From: Octopus vulgaris
Taxonomy: Eukaryota
DNA: 64,000 nt
Direction: 5' to 3'
Assembly: GCA_951406725.2 (NCBI GenBank)
Contig: OX597816.1
Coordinates: 93,124,001 to 93,188,000 of the forward strand
The notes below the pieces were generated by a model. It saw nothing but the letters and a program-made list of their open reading frames with translations. It did no database searches and was not told the origin of the DNA. The number at the start of each line of letters is the position of its first letter. Within the stretch, counting starts at the first letter, position 1. Of the stretch, positions 23,810 through 37,620 are shown in pieces. Made by a program: the position numbers and the translations under genes.

Positions 23810-24589
23810 GCATATATGTACATACATATATACACATATATGCATACAAGCATACATACATTTATAGATACAGTGCTTGGATACATTGTTAGTGTCGCTT
23901 GGTGCTTTGAGTCACAGCATACACTCTCTATACATGAGCACAAACATATATACATACAAGCATATTTGCATACATGTATTTATACATACACACACATGCA
24001 CACATGCACACATATATGTATACATACACACACACATGCATACATACACACATATATGTATACATACATACATACACACATATATGTATACATACATACA
24101 TACATACACACATATATGTATACATACATACATACTCACATATATGAATACATACATACATATATACATACATACAGATTGCTTAATGATGTCAAATGAT
24201 AGCTGTTTTAATATTCTTTGCTCAGTAAATAAGAATAGTGGGATTTGTCACCTGTATCATATTCAATTATAGTGACATATTCTTGTATGACACCTATACC
24301 ACTCTCTAAGCATCCCCAGTAAATGTCCATTGACATGCAAAGTGCAACATGACAGGTAGCCTTATCAACCATAGTTTATGTGTAGATGGGTTTCTCATAG
24401 ATTTTTCCACTAAAAAGAAATTGGCCTGTAGCTTTCAAGTGAGGATTTTCTTCTCCAATGAGTTTTACTGAACAGCCAATTGCAAAACTGGTTTTACACA
24501 GAGAGAGACAAAGACACAGGCACACACACATATACACACATATATAATCACATACACACATATGTGTGCCTGTGTGTTAGGAATATACA

Positions 24590-24934
<345 letters not shown>

Positions 24935-25580
24935 CAGCTATGGGGTGATTTATTTCACATCAGACATGAATCTATATTTACCTCTGTGGCAAATACTAGG
25001 CAAAGAGATTGGATTCTATACTGATTATATCCTGAGTTCACCCATCCCTTTTGTCCCTGATGTGTGGTTTATTCTCTGATGTCTCAACCATGGACATTTT
25101 CTCAGTAACTTGAGAATTATGTCAATACTAACAGAAAGTGAAATCCCTCTTGGCCTCAAAACCTTTACATCATGTGACATTTCAAAGGTTATGCTTTTGC
25201 AGTTAATGATCAAGAGAAAAGCTATTAACTACTTATTAAAGAAAAAAGACAGTAAAGCCTTCGGTCCTTTATGATCTGACTACAAATGTTATTCGTGAGA
25301 CAGTCCTGTGGTAAACATTACGCATATAATCAGTAGTTGCCAAAAAATATCATCCATTGAGGTTTGATGTCAATATAAGTTCATCCTTACAAAAGTTATT
25401 GCCCTGGAACAATGTAAAACATATTCTGATGTTGAGTATTGTCTCCCACAAACATTTTCTAATATTTTGGTGAAGTGGGTTTAATGGCATAATTCTCACT
25501 TTTGCTTAACATGTATTTAGTAACTACCTGCTGCTCTTGGACTGCAAAATCATAACAAAAATTATGTGCTGAATATTTCA

Positions 25581-26124
25581 TCTATATTAATAAAAGCAAA
25601 ATTCTTTCTGTCCATCTGGGAACCTTGTATCTCAGATTGCATTTATTCTTCATAGACATATTATACATTTTTGGAATCAGGATGATCTCAGGATTGAAAA
25701 TCTGCCTTTCATTTGGTTCTTGAACATTCAGCATTGGGATCTGATTTAAAAGCATTTGGGTTGCTATTTCTAGCAGGTAATGCTTGGCTGATTTACGCCA
25801 TCCTGCTTGGCATTTTTCAGATGATGTCAGAGATCAATGGGGAAGTAAATGACATTCTCGTCATTAATTTTACATCAAGGTAAGAACTTTGGTACAAAAA
25901 TTGGCCAACAGTTGGAAATCAACTTGGGACTGGAAAAATAGAATGATTGTATTACAGAATTAATTCTCATTCATCCTTAACTTCTGATCGAACACCAACA
26001 AGGCATATAGTCATTATAGACATAGTCATACTATTTAGCTCTCTTTAATTTTGGTTTGCAGGCCCAATTAGTCCTTTGCAGAAGCTAGTTCAAAGGTCTG
26101 CAGGGAGTGCAACTTTTAAGCTAG
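25581..26124 (+). mobile_element. Possible non-autonomous Helitron
   Basis: Starts A|TCTATATTAATAAAAG and ends CTAG|T (26121-26124; alternative 26085-26088). The subterminal hairpin is poorly preserved. Confidence 0.35.
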
Positions 26125-27339
26125 TTCATAATAAATGAGAAAGGCAACTACTTTGAAACCTACAAATTCCCAATGTAGACTAACAATTGTACATTTGTAC
26201 CAGTGATCTTGGCTCTATTTAGCTATGTCACTAAATATTTTAAATGTAATCTTGAAAAGCTGTGCTCTTCAGGCCAAGCAAATGATAATCTAACTCAATG
26301 TGCAAATACACTCTGTAACTAAAACATACAAATAAAAGAGAATTTTTTTTCTTGTTTTATATTTCATTGTAAACTGTCATTATCAAAATTCCACTGAAGG
26401 AATTTAGCTTCTTAAAATCCTTCCTTTTCTTAGAGGAAGATTTGAAAGAATTAAAATGGAAAGCGCAACAAAAAAAAAGTAAGAAATCAGAGAGCACAAA
26501 ACACTTCACTATTTTTCTGTTTACTTTTCGATTGCTCTCAGCAAACTGGTTTCACCTATTTGCAACTGACATACTTCGATGTTTCTAATAGTCTTGGGAA
26601 ATATATGTCTGTCATGATTTCTTTTATTTTTCCCAAAGAATATTTGGCTTTAAGTCTATATAGAAAAAAGCCCTCAGCAACATCAGTATTACCAACAATC
26701 CAATGTCAACTATGCGGGTGCAATCGATAAAGTACCTGTGCTGATGCATTAGAAGATCCAAAGTTTGGTAATTTTTATTGCTTTTAAGACAAAAATCCTA
26801 ACAATGACAATTTTGTTATTCATCCCTTCATTAAATATGTAGCAACAATACATCAAGTTTACTAAAATCTTTCTTCCTACGTTCTCTCTTATATGAAAAT
26901 AAGTAGCTCTAGTTCCAGACAAAATAATTCTTAATACAACTAGTACTTTTCTATCTGCCTCTGAGCTCAAAGCATAACATGGCTCTATTTAATTGGTTAA
27001 CTTTCTATCTGTTTTTCTAACCATCCATCTCCAAATCTCTCTCCTTCAATATTTACCTGTCTAAGTAATATAAATATAAGTATACATGCATACAGATATG
27101 CAGACATTCACTCACACTCATGCACGCACACATACTCAAACAGGGAATTGTATCAAACATATGAGAGAGGAGTGCTTGATGCATCTTGTACAGTATATAG
27201 TTTACTGAAACTGAATTCTCATCTCTTGACTTGAGTTTCATGTCACAGTGATATTTAGGTGGAAAATATATATATGTGTCTGTGTATGTGTGTGTAGATA
27301 TAGGAGTTTAGTAGGCAGAAACCGAAAGGAGAACATCAT

Positions 27340-27530
27340 TGATCGCTAGCCACTAAAGCTTTTTTTTATTATCTCTCTGTTTATTTTTTCATGTTCCTTT
27401 CAGTTGAAGAGTGTAGGCTCAAAACATAAAATACTTTCTCACCTTCCTGAGTGTTCAAACTAATACATCTGTTTGTTGTTTACATACTAGTCTTCGTCTT
27501 GTTTTTTTTTTTTTTGTAAATTCCAACTAT
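27340..27530 (+). mobile_element. PLE-like terminal repeat with decayed minimal hammerhead-like motif
   Basis: CTTT-CAGTTGA-A-GAGT-GTAG-GCTC-AAAAC-ATA-AAA, ending in (TA)n. Same family as 33715, 33955(-) and 60380. Confidence 0.55.
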
Positions 27531-27549
27531 ATATATATATATATTCAAG

Positions 27550-27768
27550 CATGGTCATTGCCAGAAGCGTCTGACTGGCCCTCGTGCCAGTGGCACATAA
27601 AAAGCATCCTCTACACTCTCGGAGTGGTTGGCATTAGGAAGGGCATCCAGCTGTAGAAACTTTGCCAGACCAGATTGAGCCTGGTGCAGCCTGTGGCTCA
27701 CCAGTCCTCAGTCAAACCGTCCAACCCATGCCAGCATGGAAAGTGGACGTTAAACGATGATGATGATG

Positions 27769-27770
<2 letters not shown>
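27550..27770 (+). mobile_element. RTE-type 3' tail
   Basis: CACTCTCGGAGTGGTTGGC...CCAACCCATGCCAGCATGGAAAGTGGACGTTAAAC(GAT)n. Confidence 0.85.
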
Positions 27771-27837
<67 letters not shown>

Positions 27838-27840
<3 letters not shown>

Positions 27841-28554
27841 GTAAAAAGATGTGGGCCCTGAATGCATAGGACATGTGAAGGTTAGAAAGGAATGAGACTA
27901 GTATGCTCTGCTAGATGTGTAATGTAAGTGTACATATTTGACACAGTGCTAGGGTTCTGAGATAGAAATTAGGCATAAGAGGAATTGGTTGCTGTATGCA
28001 AGAGAGAAGACTGCACTGGTTTGATCATGTGATGTGGATGGATGTTGAAAGCTCCATAAAGAAGTGCCAATCTCAAAGAGGATGGTACCCGTGGAAGTGG
28101 GAAACCTAGAAAGACATAGATGAAGTACTGAAGAATGACCTCAAGAAGCTGAACCTTTCAGGCGAGATGACAAAGTACCAAGATACCTGGTGCCTGGCCA
28201 TGCTCAAGAAGACCCATACTCAGCACCAGAAGTGTTATGACTGATCCTTCTGGTGGTGTAAAGCGGTGCCACATAAAAGCATCTATGTGGTGCCACATAA
28301 AAGCATCTGTGCAGCATCATATAAAGGCAACCATTCGGTGCCATGTAAAAGTGGTGTCACATGAAATCACCCAGCACACTCTGTAAAGTGGTTGGTGTTA
28401 TGAAGGGCATCCAGCCATAGAAGCAATGCCAAATTAGACTAGTGTCTGGTACAGTCCTCCCCCCCCCCCCCCAACTTCACCAACTTGCTAGTTCTGGTCA
28501 CACCATCCAACCTATGCCGGTGTGGACAACAGACATTAAATGGTGATGATAATG

Positions 28555-28555
<1 letters not shown>
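27838..28555 (+). mobile_element. 5'-truncated RTE-clade LINE (ORF C-terminus, 3'UTR and tail)
   Basis: WAL..DM*RLERNE.SML...KLGIRGI...QERRLHWFDHV...GKPRKT* matches RTE RLRWFGHV/RGRPxKxW, followed by the tail family. Confidence 0.85.
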
Positions 28556-28588
<33 letters not shown>

Positions 28589-28814
28589 GTGTGTATGTAG
28601 GGTGGTGCTGATGATGACGACGATGATGATTTATAATCACATATAAGATACACTTTTTCTATAAAATATGACAGCGTATTTACTCGGCATCTGATACATG
28701 CAAATTGTGATATGGGAATTTGATCTGAGGAACCCTCCCCACTGTCATTGAATGTTGATCATGAAGGACTTATTTCATCATGCAGTGGGTAGCAATGAAA
28801 GATCTGACATTTAA

Positions 28815-29341
28815 CCCTTTATGTCCTAACAGTATTTATGAGTAACAGCAGACCAATATCCTATTTGCTATGGAGCCACTTGTCATACCCTGTTGGTGCT
28901 TTTCTGTAATAATAGACAATAGTTTCTTTAAAGCTCAAAAGATGGTATTACAAAATGTTTTATGGTTGTCATTCAAGAAACATAGTTAGAAATCTTGAAG
29001 AATATGTTATCTTCTTTCTCAGGGGAGGGGCTATAGAGAATTATATAGAAAGTTCCCTTAATAGTCGGGACTTGATAGACCCAACTTGTTTTCCAGAGTG
29101 ACCTCCACAGGTGGCTGCTCTGGTACTGGAAGAAAGGGACTTCTATCATATAAAGGACTCCTTCTCAAAGGCAGAGTACAGATCTTGTTTATGGGCCTCC
29201 AACTTGCAGTTGCGGGAATGCTTGCAGAAGGCAAGAAAGTTATTTAGGGACTCATTTGTGTAATAGGTTTTTCACCTATTAAATTGTTTATAATTGTAAT
29301 GAACTTTTTAGTCCATAAAATGTAATAAAATTGTAAGAGGG
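28815..29341 (+). mobile_element. Internally deleted piggyBac-like element
   Basis: TTAA|CCCTTTAT...GTAAGAGGG|TTAA. Internal KLKRWYYKMFY...NIVRN resembles the piggyBac KKWY..xF motif. Confidence 0.55.
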
Positions 29342-30004
29342 TTAATACCTCATTCAGTATTTTTAAAAAGAACAATGTTTTAGAGAAGCAAAGTCGGCGG
29401 GCACTTTTTGTCTTCTCCCATCCTTATAATCCTTGTATCTTTATCATTCATCTCATTAATGTCTGTGCCCAGCCTGCAAGCTTCCTTACCCTATGTACTG
29501 CCTTTATGGCAAATTTAACAAAATAAAGAAACATAGTTGTCACATTAAGCATGGGGAAATGTGAATGTTTGTAACATCTATAACAGTATTAACTTTCCAC
29601 TTATACGTGTAAGTATTAATGCAATATTTGCCAACTGAAATTTTTAAAAATCAACTTTAATGTCACTTTGTGCTTGTTATTACTATTTTGTTCATCTATT
29701 TCTATATATTCTGTAATTATTTGTGCAGTATAAAAAATTGTCAGCATAAAACTTGAAATTTTGTTAATATAGGATTGAAAAGACTAAGCAAATATATTTG
29801 TTCCTTGTATTATTATTTATTTAATAGTTAACGTGATCTTATTGGCTTTCATTCATGACAATGCTAAACAATATTTAAAGTGTAACATAATAAATTATGG
29901 TACATATTGAAATCTATTTATGAAATTTTATTTTATTATTTCGATTTATTTTCATGATTCTGATTATGTAACAGAATCAGAAATAAGGAAAGCTAAAACA
30001 ACTA

Positions 30005-30320
30005 TGGCCACTATTTCAAAATGAAATCACTGTTCTCATGATATTTCATTTAAAATAAAAGTTGTGCAATAAGCTACAGTAATAGCTGCAAAACTGGAGT
30101 TCAGTTTGGTATTTCAGAAAAACATGTCTGTGAAGGGTGGACATGCTCTCTTTTCCTGTAGAGGAACAGCAACTAAAGAAATGGCTCCTTGGTCTCAGAT
30201 AAGATAGCCAGCATATAACAAAAGGGGCCAATATACCTGAAGGTTAAGAAGTTAACCTGCTGCCCAGAATCAACATGCTGATGAGAGACTAGATTAGGTT
30301 AAAGGCTGCCTTTTGACATG
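30005..30320 (+). pseudogene. pogo-superfamily transposase N-terminus relic (Brinker-like DBD plus CENP-B HTH)
   Basis: HDISFKIKVVQ*A...QFGISEKHV...FPVEEQQLKKWLLGLR (cf. Y..xFKLKVV.YA...FGVSEK.V...WP.LE..L..W...R). Confidence 0.6.
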
Positions 30321-30359
30321 GATTACAAATTTTCAGCATTATATGATTAAAAATAAAAA

Positions 30360-30611
30360 TAAATGCGCTCTTTTAAAGCCTAGCCAAGCTCATGGGCCCA
30401 GTTTCTTGATTTTAATGGTGTATGTGTTCTCCAGCTAGACGGGACGCCAGTCCATCACAGCATTACTCATTTTTGCCAGCTGAGTGGACTGGAGCAACGT
30501 GAAATTAAGAGTTTTGCTCAAGAACACAATGCGTTGCCCGGTCCAGGAATCGAAACCACAATCTTACGATCATGGTACTGACACCCTAATCACTAAGCCA
30601 TGCGCCTCCAC
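30360..30611 (-). mobile_element. tRNA-head SINE family D
   Basis: Minus strand GGCGCATGGCTTAGTG (A box), GGTTTCGATTCC (B box) and TGTGTTCTTGAGCAAAAC core. Near-identical copies at 37621 and 38786. Confidence 0.9.
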
Positions 30612-31356
30612 ATTATATAATTAGGCTTTTAGTTATTCATCATTATCAAGTCCACCAAATCAGAAATATTGCTAAAACAGCCATATTTTTAACACCTCCC
30701 CACCCACCCAATAAAAAGACAGCATATATTGTTTGAATGTCACAATTACAATAAGGCTTCAGCATTCATATCTGTTACAACAGTTCACAAGTTTCGATAT
30801 TTTCTATCAATTGTGATTGTAGGTAGTTATGGGTCTTATACTTGAATCAGCTGTGATCCGTGATCATCCATACACATAAAGGTATCTTATAGTCAAGAAA
30901 TTTACTTCCCAATGATATGATTTTGACTCCAGCTACACTATGTAGTACCATCGGCAACTGTTTCCCAGGACCAACTAAAGCCTTGTGAATGGATTTAGTT
31001 GATGGAAACTGAAATACATATATGTGTACTTCATTCAAATATATATGTATGTGTCTATTTGTATGCAGTGTATGTATGTGTGTGTCTGTGTGTATATGTA
31101 GATGTACTTAGGGGTAGTTTGTCTCACCTTCTCCTTACATCATGTGATAGTTGTAAAATGAGCATCAGTCATACAAGTGGTGTCATCCATTTCTAAATTT
31201 CCAGTCTTCCATGGAAACATGTCCACCCATGTGGGAATATCACCCAGGTTGGAAACAGAGAGGGTATCCAGTTACAGAAAAAATTTGACTCAACAAATCT
31301 TATCTGACCCATGCCAGCATGGAAAAGTATACATTAAAAATTATTATATATATAGT

Positions 31357-32781
31357 AGGTACAGGAGTGGCTGTGTGGTAAGTAGCTTGCTTACCAATCA
31401 CATGGTTCCAGGTTCAGTCCCACTGCATGGCATCTTAGGCTGGTGTATTCTACTATAGCCTTGGGCTGACCAAAGTCTTGTGAGTGGAAACTGTAAGAAG
31501 CCCATCGTATATATATATAAAAATACAAACTGGGACAAGAACGCAAAACATTTAGAAGACGATACAAAAAACACGGACGGGACATTCGAAGCCTTCAATC
31601 TCCAGTCAAGAACCGGATCATCCTCGCAATTTCAGCTGATTAACCTTGAGATTGCTCCGATCTGGCCAGCCCCAAAGGAAAATCTAAGCCAGGCGCATTA
31701 GATTCCTTGGAAGAAAGACGGAAAAACAGACGATGTTACACAAATAAGAATACAAAAATATGTAAAAACAATAATGATAATAATAACAAAAACAGGACGT
31801 CACAGACAGGCGTCTTTCGACAGGACGAGTAAACTTTGAGCTGCCATGTTAGAAAAATGCCTTAGGGCAGGGAGAGAAAAAAATGTGTCTTGCCACGACT
31901 GCTAAGCACGAAAGGCCGGCAATTGGTCAGTCAGTCACGTGTGAGGAGAAGAGAGAGGAAAAGGGGAACAAGGAACAAAGGAGGAGGAAAAGAGAGAGAG
32001 CGAGAAAGAGACACATCAAAGTGGAGTGCAAAGTGTGAAAGGCAGAGAAATGTAAGAGAGGGGGGAGAGAGACAGTGTTATAGAGTCGTACCAAGTTTAA
32101 AGAAATATGTACTTACATACAAGACCAAAGGGGTACAGGCGCCGCTATATATATATATGTAAAAAAATATAAACTGGGACAATAACGCAAAACATTAAGA
32201 AGACGATACAAAAAACACGGACGGGACATTCGAAGCCTTCAATCTTCAGTTAAGAATCAGATCATCCTCGCAATTTCGGCTGATAAATCTTGAGATTGCT
32301 CCGATCTGGCCAGCCCTAAAGGAAAATCTAAGCCAAGCGCATTAGATTCCTTGGAAGAAAGCCTTGAATGTATACAAAACAAGGATGGAAAAACGGATAA
32401 TGTTACACGAATAAGAATACAAAAATACGTAAAATCAATAATGATAATAATAACAAAAACAGGACGTCACAGACAGGCATCTTTCGACAGGACGAGTAAA
32501 CTTTGAGCTGGTGTGTTAGAAAAATGCCTTAGGGCAGGGAGAGAAAAAATGTATCTTGCCTCGACATATATATATATGTATGTGTGTGTCCCCCAACATT
32601 GCTTGACAACCGATGCTGGTGTGTTTATGTCCCCGTAATTTAGTGGTTTGGCAAAAGAGACCAATAGAATAAGTACTAGGCTTACACAGAATAAGTCCTG
32701 GGGTCGATTTGCTCGACTAAAGGCAGTGCTCCAGCATGGCCACACTCAAAATGACTGAAACAAGTAAAAGAATAAAAAAAA
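31357..32781 (+). mobile_element. SINE family A split by an insertion in its internal (TA)n
   Basis: The 5' half (31357-31508) and 3' half (32575-32781, CCCCAACATTGCTTGACAACC...GAAACAAGTAAAAGAATA) are contiguous in the copy at 60521-60870. Confidence 0.85.
31515..32560 (-). mobile_element. Tandem direct repeats of about 380 bp (31515-31893 and 32165-32560), PLE pseudo-LTR-like
   Basis: Both read AAACTGGGACAA.AACGCAAAACA...GGGCAGGGAGAGAAAAAA.TGT.TCTTGCC and both abut (TA)n. The PLE assignment is inferred. Confidence 0.7.
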
Positions 32782-33067
32782 AGAATCTATGTAGTTTAGG
32801 ACAATCAGTAAGTTGTCATAATAGGACACAGAGTTTCAAATGCCGGAGCTACAATGCATTCTCATGTGTGTATATGTGTATACACACACACACACACACA
32901 CACATGCTCACACGAGCCATGAAGTAAAATCTTATGCATCTATCTACCTATTGACTTTCTATTTATTATTATTATTATTATTATTATATATAATGGATAA
33001 TGAAACAAATGGTTTACACCTGGTAGGTGACTAGTAAAGCACGGTCACTTTCACAGTGATCGTTGTG

Positions 33068-33657
33068 TATATGGCAATCAAAAGACAGAAGATGGAATAT
33101 ATGAGAATTCAATATTAATCACAATTGTTTTGACTTATCTCACATCAATCCCTCATGGGTAAGACACTGGTTCAGGAGCATCCGGTGGTGCAGATGTATC
33201 TCGTCGGGTGATAAATAGATACAGCTCATAAAAATAACAGTTCCACAATGTAACTTCTTGTTTTGTAGAAAGAAAAGCAACCAGATGGAGGAAATATCTT
33301 CATTTATATAGAAGATCAAAAATGAAACTACAGATGGAAAAAGAGAGAAATGAACATGCAATATGGCGAGAAAACTCATATTGCATGTTCGTTTCTCATT
33401 TTTTCAATCTGAGATTTTATTTTTGATCTTCTATATAAATGAAGATATTTCCTCTGTTATTACATTGCAGAACTGTTATTTTAATGAGTTGTATCTATTT
33501 ATCACCCGATGAAATACATCTGCACCGCCAGATGCTCCTGAACCAGGTGTTGAGTGTCCCCCTACATGAGGGATTGATGCTAGGTGTGTCAAAATAATTG
33601 TCATGATTAATACTAAATTCTTATATATTCCATCTTTTGTTTTTCATTTGCCATATA
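33068..33657. mobile_element. Foldback element (280-300-bp arms, 11-bp loop) with decayed hammerhead motifs
   Basis: 33068-33365 is inverted relative to 33377-33657. Centre GAACATGCAATATG-GCGAGAAAACT-CATATTGCATGTTC. TA-rich flanks. Confidence 0.85.
33501..33607 (+). ncRNA. Degenerate type-I hammerhead-like motif (mirror copy at 33118-33212, minus)
   Basis: ATCAC-CCGATGA-AATACATC...GGTGTGTC-AAAAT-AATT-GTC-ATGAT. The consensus of three copies is AUCAC-CCGAYGA-GAUACAUC...GAUGUGUC-GAAAC-AAUU-GUC-RUGAU. Confidence 0.5.
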
Positions 33658-33681
33658 TATTTATATATATATACATATATA

Positions 33682-33713
<32 letters not shown>

Positions 33714-33714
33714 A

Positions 33715-34135
33715 CCGCGTGTGTATCGTTGGCAATTTTTTCCTCCGTCTTCCTTTCCTTGGATCTTTCCTTTTCCTACGCCTCTGATGAAGAACTCTGC
33801 TCAAAATGTTAAATCCTCCTTCTTTCTTTCCTTTCCTGAGCGTCCAATAACACTATACTTGTTCCACGTCCTCACGTTGTTGTGTTTTCTCTTTGTGTAT
33901 TCATGTTTGGATTAACTATGTATATATATATATATATAAATATATATATATAGTCAAATTTAATAAAGGAACAATAAAAATAATAACAAACAACAAGAGG
34001 ACATGCACATAGAATGTATTAGTTTGACACTTGGTAAAAAGAGAGAGTTTTTGAAGTTTCAAACATAGCTCTTCATCAGAAAGGAAAAAGGAAAAGAGAA
34101 AAGAAGGGAGAGAAAACACCAACAGCACATGTGTA
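33715..34135. mobile_element. Two PLE-like terminal repeats facing tail-to-tail across (TA)n
   Basis: Plus copy CTGATGAAGAACTCTGCTCAAAATGT at 33784; minus copy CTGATGAAGAGCTATGTTTGAAAC at 34079-34056. Confidence 0.65.
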
Positions 34136-37100
34136 GCTACCCCAACAGCACATGTGTATACACACACACAAGTCATGAAGTAAAATCATTTTCTTACGCA
34201 TTTATCTACCTATCGACTTTCTCTATGCTGTTTTTCTTTTTGTTTTGTTTGTTTCTTTTTGGCAAAATATATTGATCTAAAGTCATTGCTCTATTCATTG
34301 TATAATATTTTTAAAGAAATGTCCAAACAGTATCAATCCATTCATTATTGAGCAAAATATTTCTAAATTGAACAATGACTTAGATTTGAAAAAAAATCAT
34401 TTGTTATTAACCAAGTTAGCAACCATCTGGGAAAACACTAACGTTATAGAACTTTTAAACATTCACTAATGCTTTTAATGACAAAAAAAAATTGAATCAT
34501 TCAAGTTAAATTTTGTTTTGTCATTCACAGTCATTCTGCTGCAAGGCTCCAGAGACTTAAACCTTGAATCAAACAAAATTATCCATTCGTTTTCAGAAAC
34601 ATTTTAATAATTTTAATCTATTACTTCCAATTGTTGAAGTTATATGTGGTTCTGTTGGTTTTTGTTAGTAAAATACGATAAGTTATTCAGTTCATTTTTT
34701 TGCTTAACACAACCAAAATTCTATTACAGAAGATTGAAAGTAAGAAGCTAGTAATGTCTTTTACTAAGTTACTGATTCAATATTAAATATATAAGTTTAA
34801 AGTTCACTTCTTACAATGCAATTTAACAAGGTTATACTTCAATGCAGGAAAAGCTGAAATTTTTCTTAAAGGGTTACAAAGCAATGTTAATATATTAATG
34901 TTTTCTTAGATTTACTTTTAGACTATTGTTTTTATCTCTGCTCTTATTTGAAGTACCACAAATCTTCCTTTTCTGTCTTTCTTTGACTTAATATCCTCTT
35001 TCCATCTTATTTTCTCTACCATTTTCAAGTCTTTTTTTTTTTGTTCTATTTTATTTTATTTATTTATTTACTTTTTATGCTATGCAATTCAAAGTGTAAA
35101 GTATCTTCAAATGTTTTAGAATATTTCCATAAGGTATAAATGATATCAATAAATATTTCTGAGAAAAATTAATACAAAATATGTTTTCCCAGTATTTGAT
35201 TTATAATAATTTTGTCATCAGCTTATTTATTGCTTTTATTACAACAACATTGCTGCTTATCTTAAAATTAACACCAAGTTTTGTGTATTTGCAGTTTTTT
35301 CTGCCCCTACCTACTCTTGCCCCATAAAAAAATTCATGTTTCTTTCAAAATTATTAATTTCTATTTGATAATTTCCTGGTATTTTTATACAATAATTTAT
35401 AGTTTGGTGAACAGTTACTACATCAAAAGTACATTTTCTTCAGCCATTTAAATGTGTAACCATCTTAGAGTTGATCTATGTTCAGTCTGAACACTTTGGA
35501 AACTTATGAAAGAACTCATTTCAATTCTACGTGTGAACAGTAGGGAGTGTAAAAATCTCTAGAAAGATTTAATCTCAAGTAGGTAAAGAAAGTAAAACAA
35601 TGGTGTTTTGAATCTTTCAAAGTTAGGAGAGGAACCTTTTAAAACTCTTTGAATAACCACTAGTTCAATGTTATTCTTGGCAATCACAACAAATACACAA
35701 TATATTTAAGTCTATTGTTTAAGATATATGACAATATTTTGTATATTTTTGTTTTTCCATTATGTCTACATATAATTTTGCTCATGAATGCATTTATCAC
35801 TTTAAAATTGTTGCTATTAATTTTACAACTTCCACAATAACAAAACACTGGTACAATTTGAACTTGAAAGCATATGATCTTGAGTCTCATATTCTGCTAT
35901 TAAACGACCACTCTATTATTCCAAACAATAAGAAATGAACAATGTAACTTTGACAAAAAAAATATAGAAAATAGAGAACAGAATTTGTTATTCCATTGCT
36001 GGAAATATAATTGTATTGAGATCATGCATATAGATTTTTTGGCATTCAATAATCAATGAAAGAGAGAAAATAGGAAAAGTTTACTTTAATTCAAATTAAT
36101 TATACAAATGGATAATAAATTGTATCAGAGAATGAAGCTAAGAAAAAGTTTGAAACAGTTGAGAACAATAAAATCAATAAGATAAAGTGTCCACAACAAT
36201 AGGTGAATGGTATCAGATATAATTCAGAGAGGAAAAAGAACTCAAGATCAGTATATGTCATCAGTTGCTTTGGCCTTACACACAGGCTGGCTTTTACACA
36301 TCACTCTTTAGAATTAAGATGTCAGCCATAGATGTTGAGTTATCTGGTAAATATAACCTATTTGCTTTGGTTATCATCTTACGAAGTGACCATAGTATTT
36401 ATTGAATTGCATTATAAATGGTGATATTGTGCAGTTGACTAATTTTAGAACTGACAAATATCAGTAGGGGTTTTGTGTCAAAAGAGCAACATAACCTTCA
36501 TCTAACCTTATACAGAAGTCTTTTATCACAAAAATAAAACTTAGCAATCATTATGGAAGTTAGTGGTTAACTGGGACTTTTTTTGAATATTAATTACTTT
36601 TGGCCTGTTGTTGTTGCTATTGTTATTATTGATTTACCTACAGTCTATTGTACTGATAGAATCTTAGCTATTCTTCTGATTTACTAAGTTGTTAGTTCAT
36701 TTTTTTTCTTGCTTTCTAATAGTTCAATGTATCTCTTCCTCTTATGAATTAAAATGTCAGCAATGGTTTGGATAGCTTGACCTTTCTGATCTTTCCCAAA
36801 TGGTCCTCATACTTATGTGAAGGTACACGAAACACACTTATATACACATCCTTCACTCTCTTGTATTTAGATGTTAACGCAAAGCTAAAAGAAGAATCTT
36901 GAATTTACTGTTTGCCATGCATTTTTCAATGGAATCTTTGTTGAGATAGATTTAGCAAAATTTTTGGCAGTTGCATTTTGTTGAAGCAATTCTGTTTTAC
37001 ATCTAGATGTCTTTCCCATGGCTAAGTATTTAATTCTAAATCTAGCTAGAATCTCTTCATAAGCTGGACAACCTCAGGTAAACAAAGTTATTTATCATTT

Positions 37101-37620
37101 TAGATACAATGCACAAGATTTACAACTGTATCGTTTGAACATATGATTGCGCAGTTTCAATAGTCACCATTTTAATCTCAGATAAATATATTGCAATGAT
37201 AAACAAACACAAGATTAAGTAATATTTTGGGATGGTTATCCCCACCCCACCACAAATAAACACATACACTATATATCCATTCTTTATTTCAGATTTATTA
37301 TTATTCGTATTTTATGTCCTTTGTCTGAAAATCTTTTGTCACACATCCTGTGACCTCTTCAGCAACTCTCCATCCAACATGTCTCCGCTTCCATTTAGTC
37401 CACTCTCTAGATCGTTTTCTCTTTATCACAAAATTAAGCAACCTGATCCTTTCGTTAACCATTAAAAATTAGTAGATCTTCCTAAATTCTTCAACAGTTA
37501 TTTAGAAATCTAGATTATATCATATGTCCATATTACTTCTATTGATAATATGGTGATACTAAATGTTATGGTGAAATAAAGAGTAAATACTGTTTGCAAA
37601 GCAATTTTGTATATATGTAT

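Noticed and set aside
26350-26990. Possible transposase relic
   Set aside because: Only a weak PSATSV-like word is present, with no consistent frame or termini.
30540-30611. tRNA gene (also 37992-38065 and 38950-39018)
   Set aside because: The A/B boxes continue into multi-copy SINE bodies with no proper acceptor stem or T-run terminator.
31515-32560. Hammerhead in the tandem repeats (minus strand CUGAAGA-UU-GAAGGCUUC-GAAUGUC)
   Set aside because: Stem II would have a 1-nt loop, GAAA is absent and there is no convincing stem I.
35400-37050. Possible decayed coding relic on the minus strand
   Set aside because: Short Cys-containing stretches are visible but no motif could be assigned with confidence.
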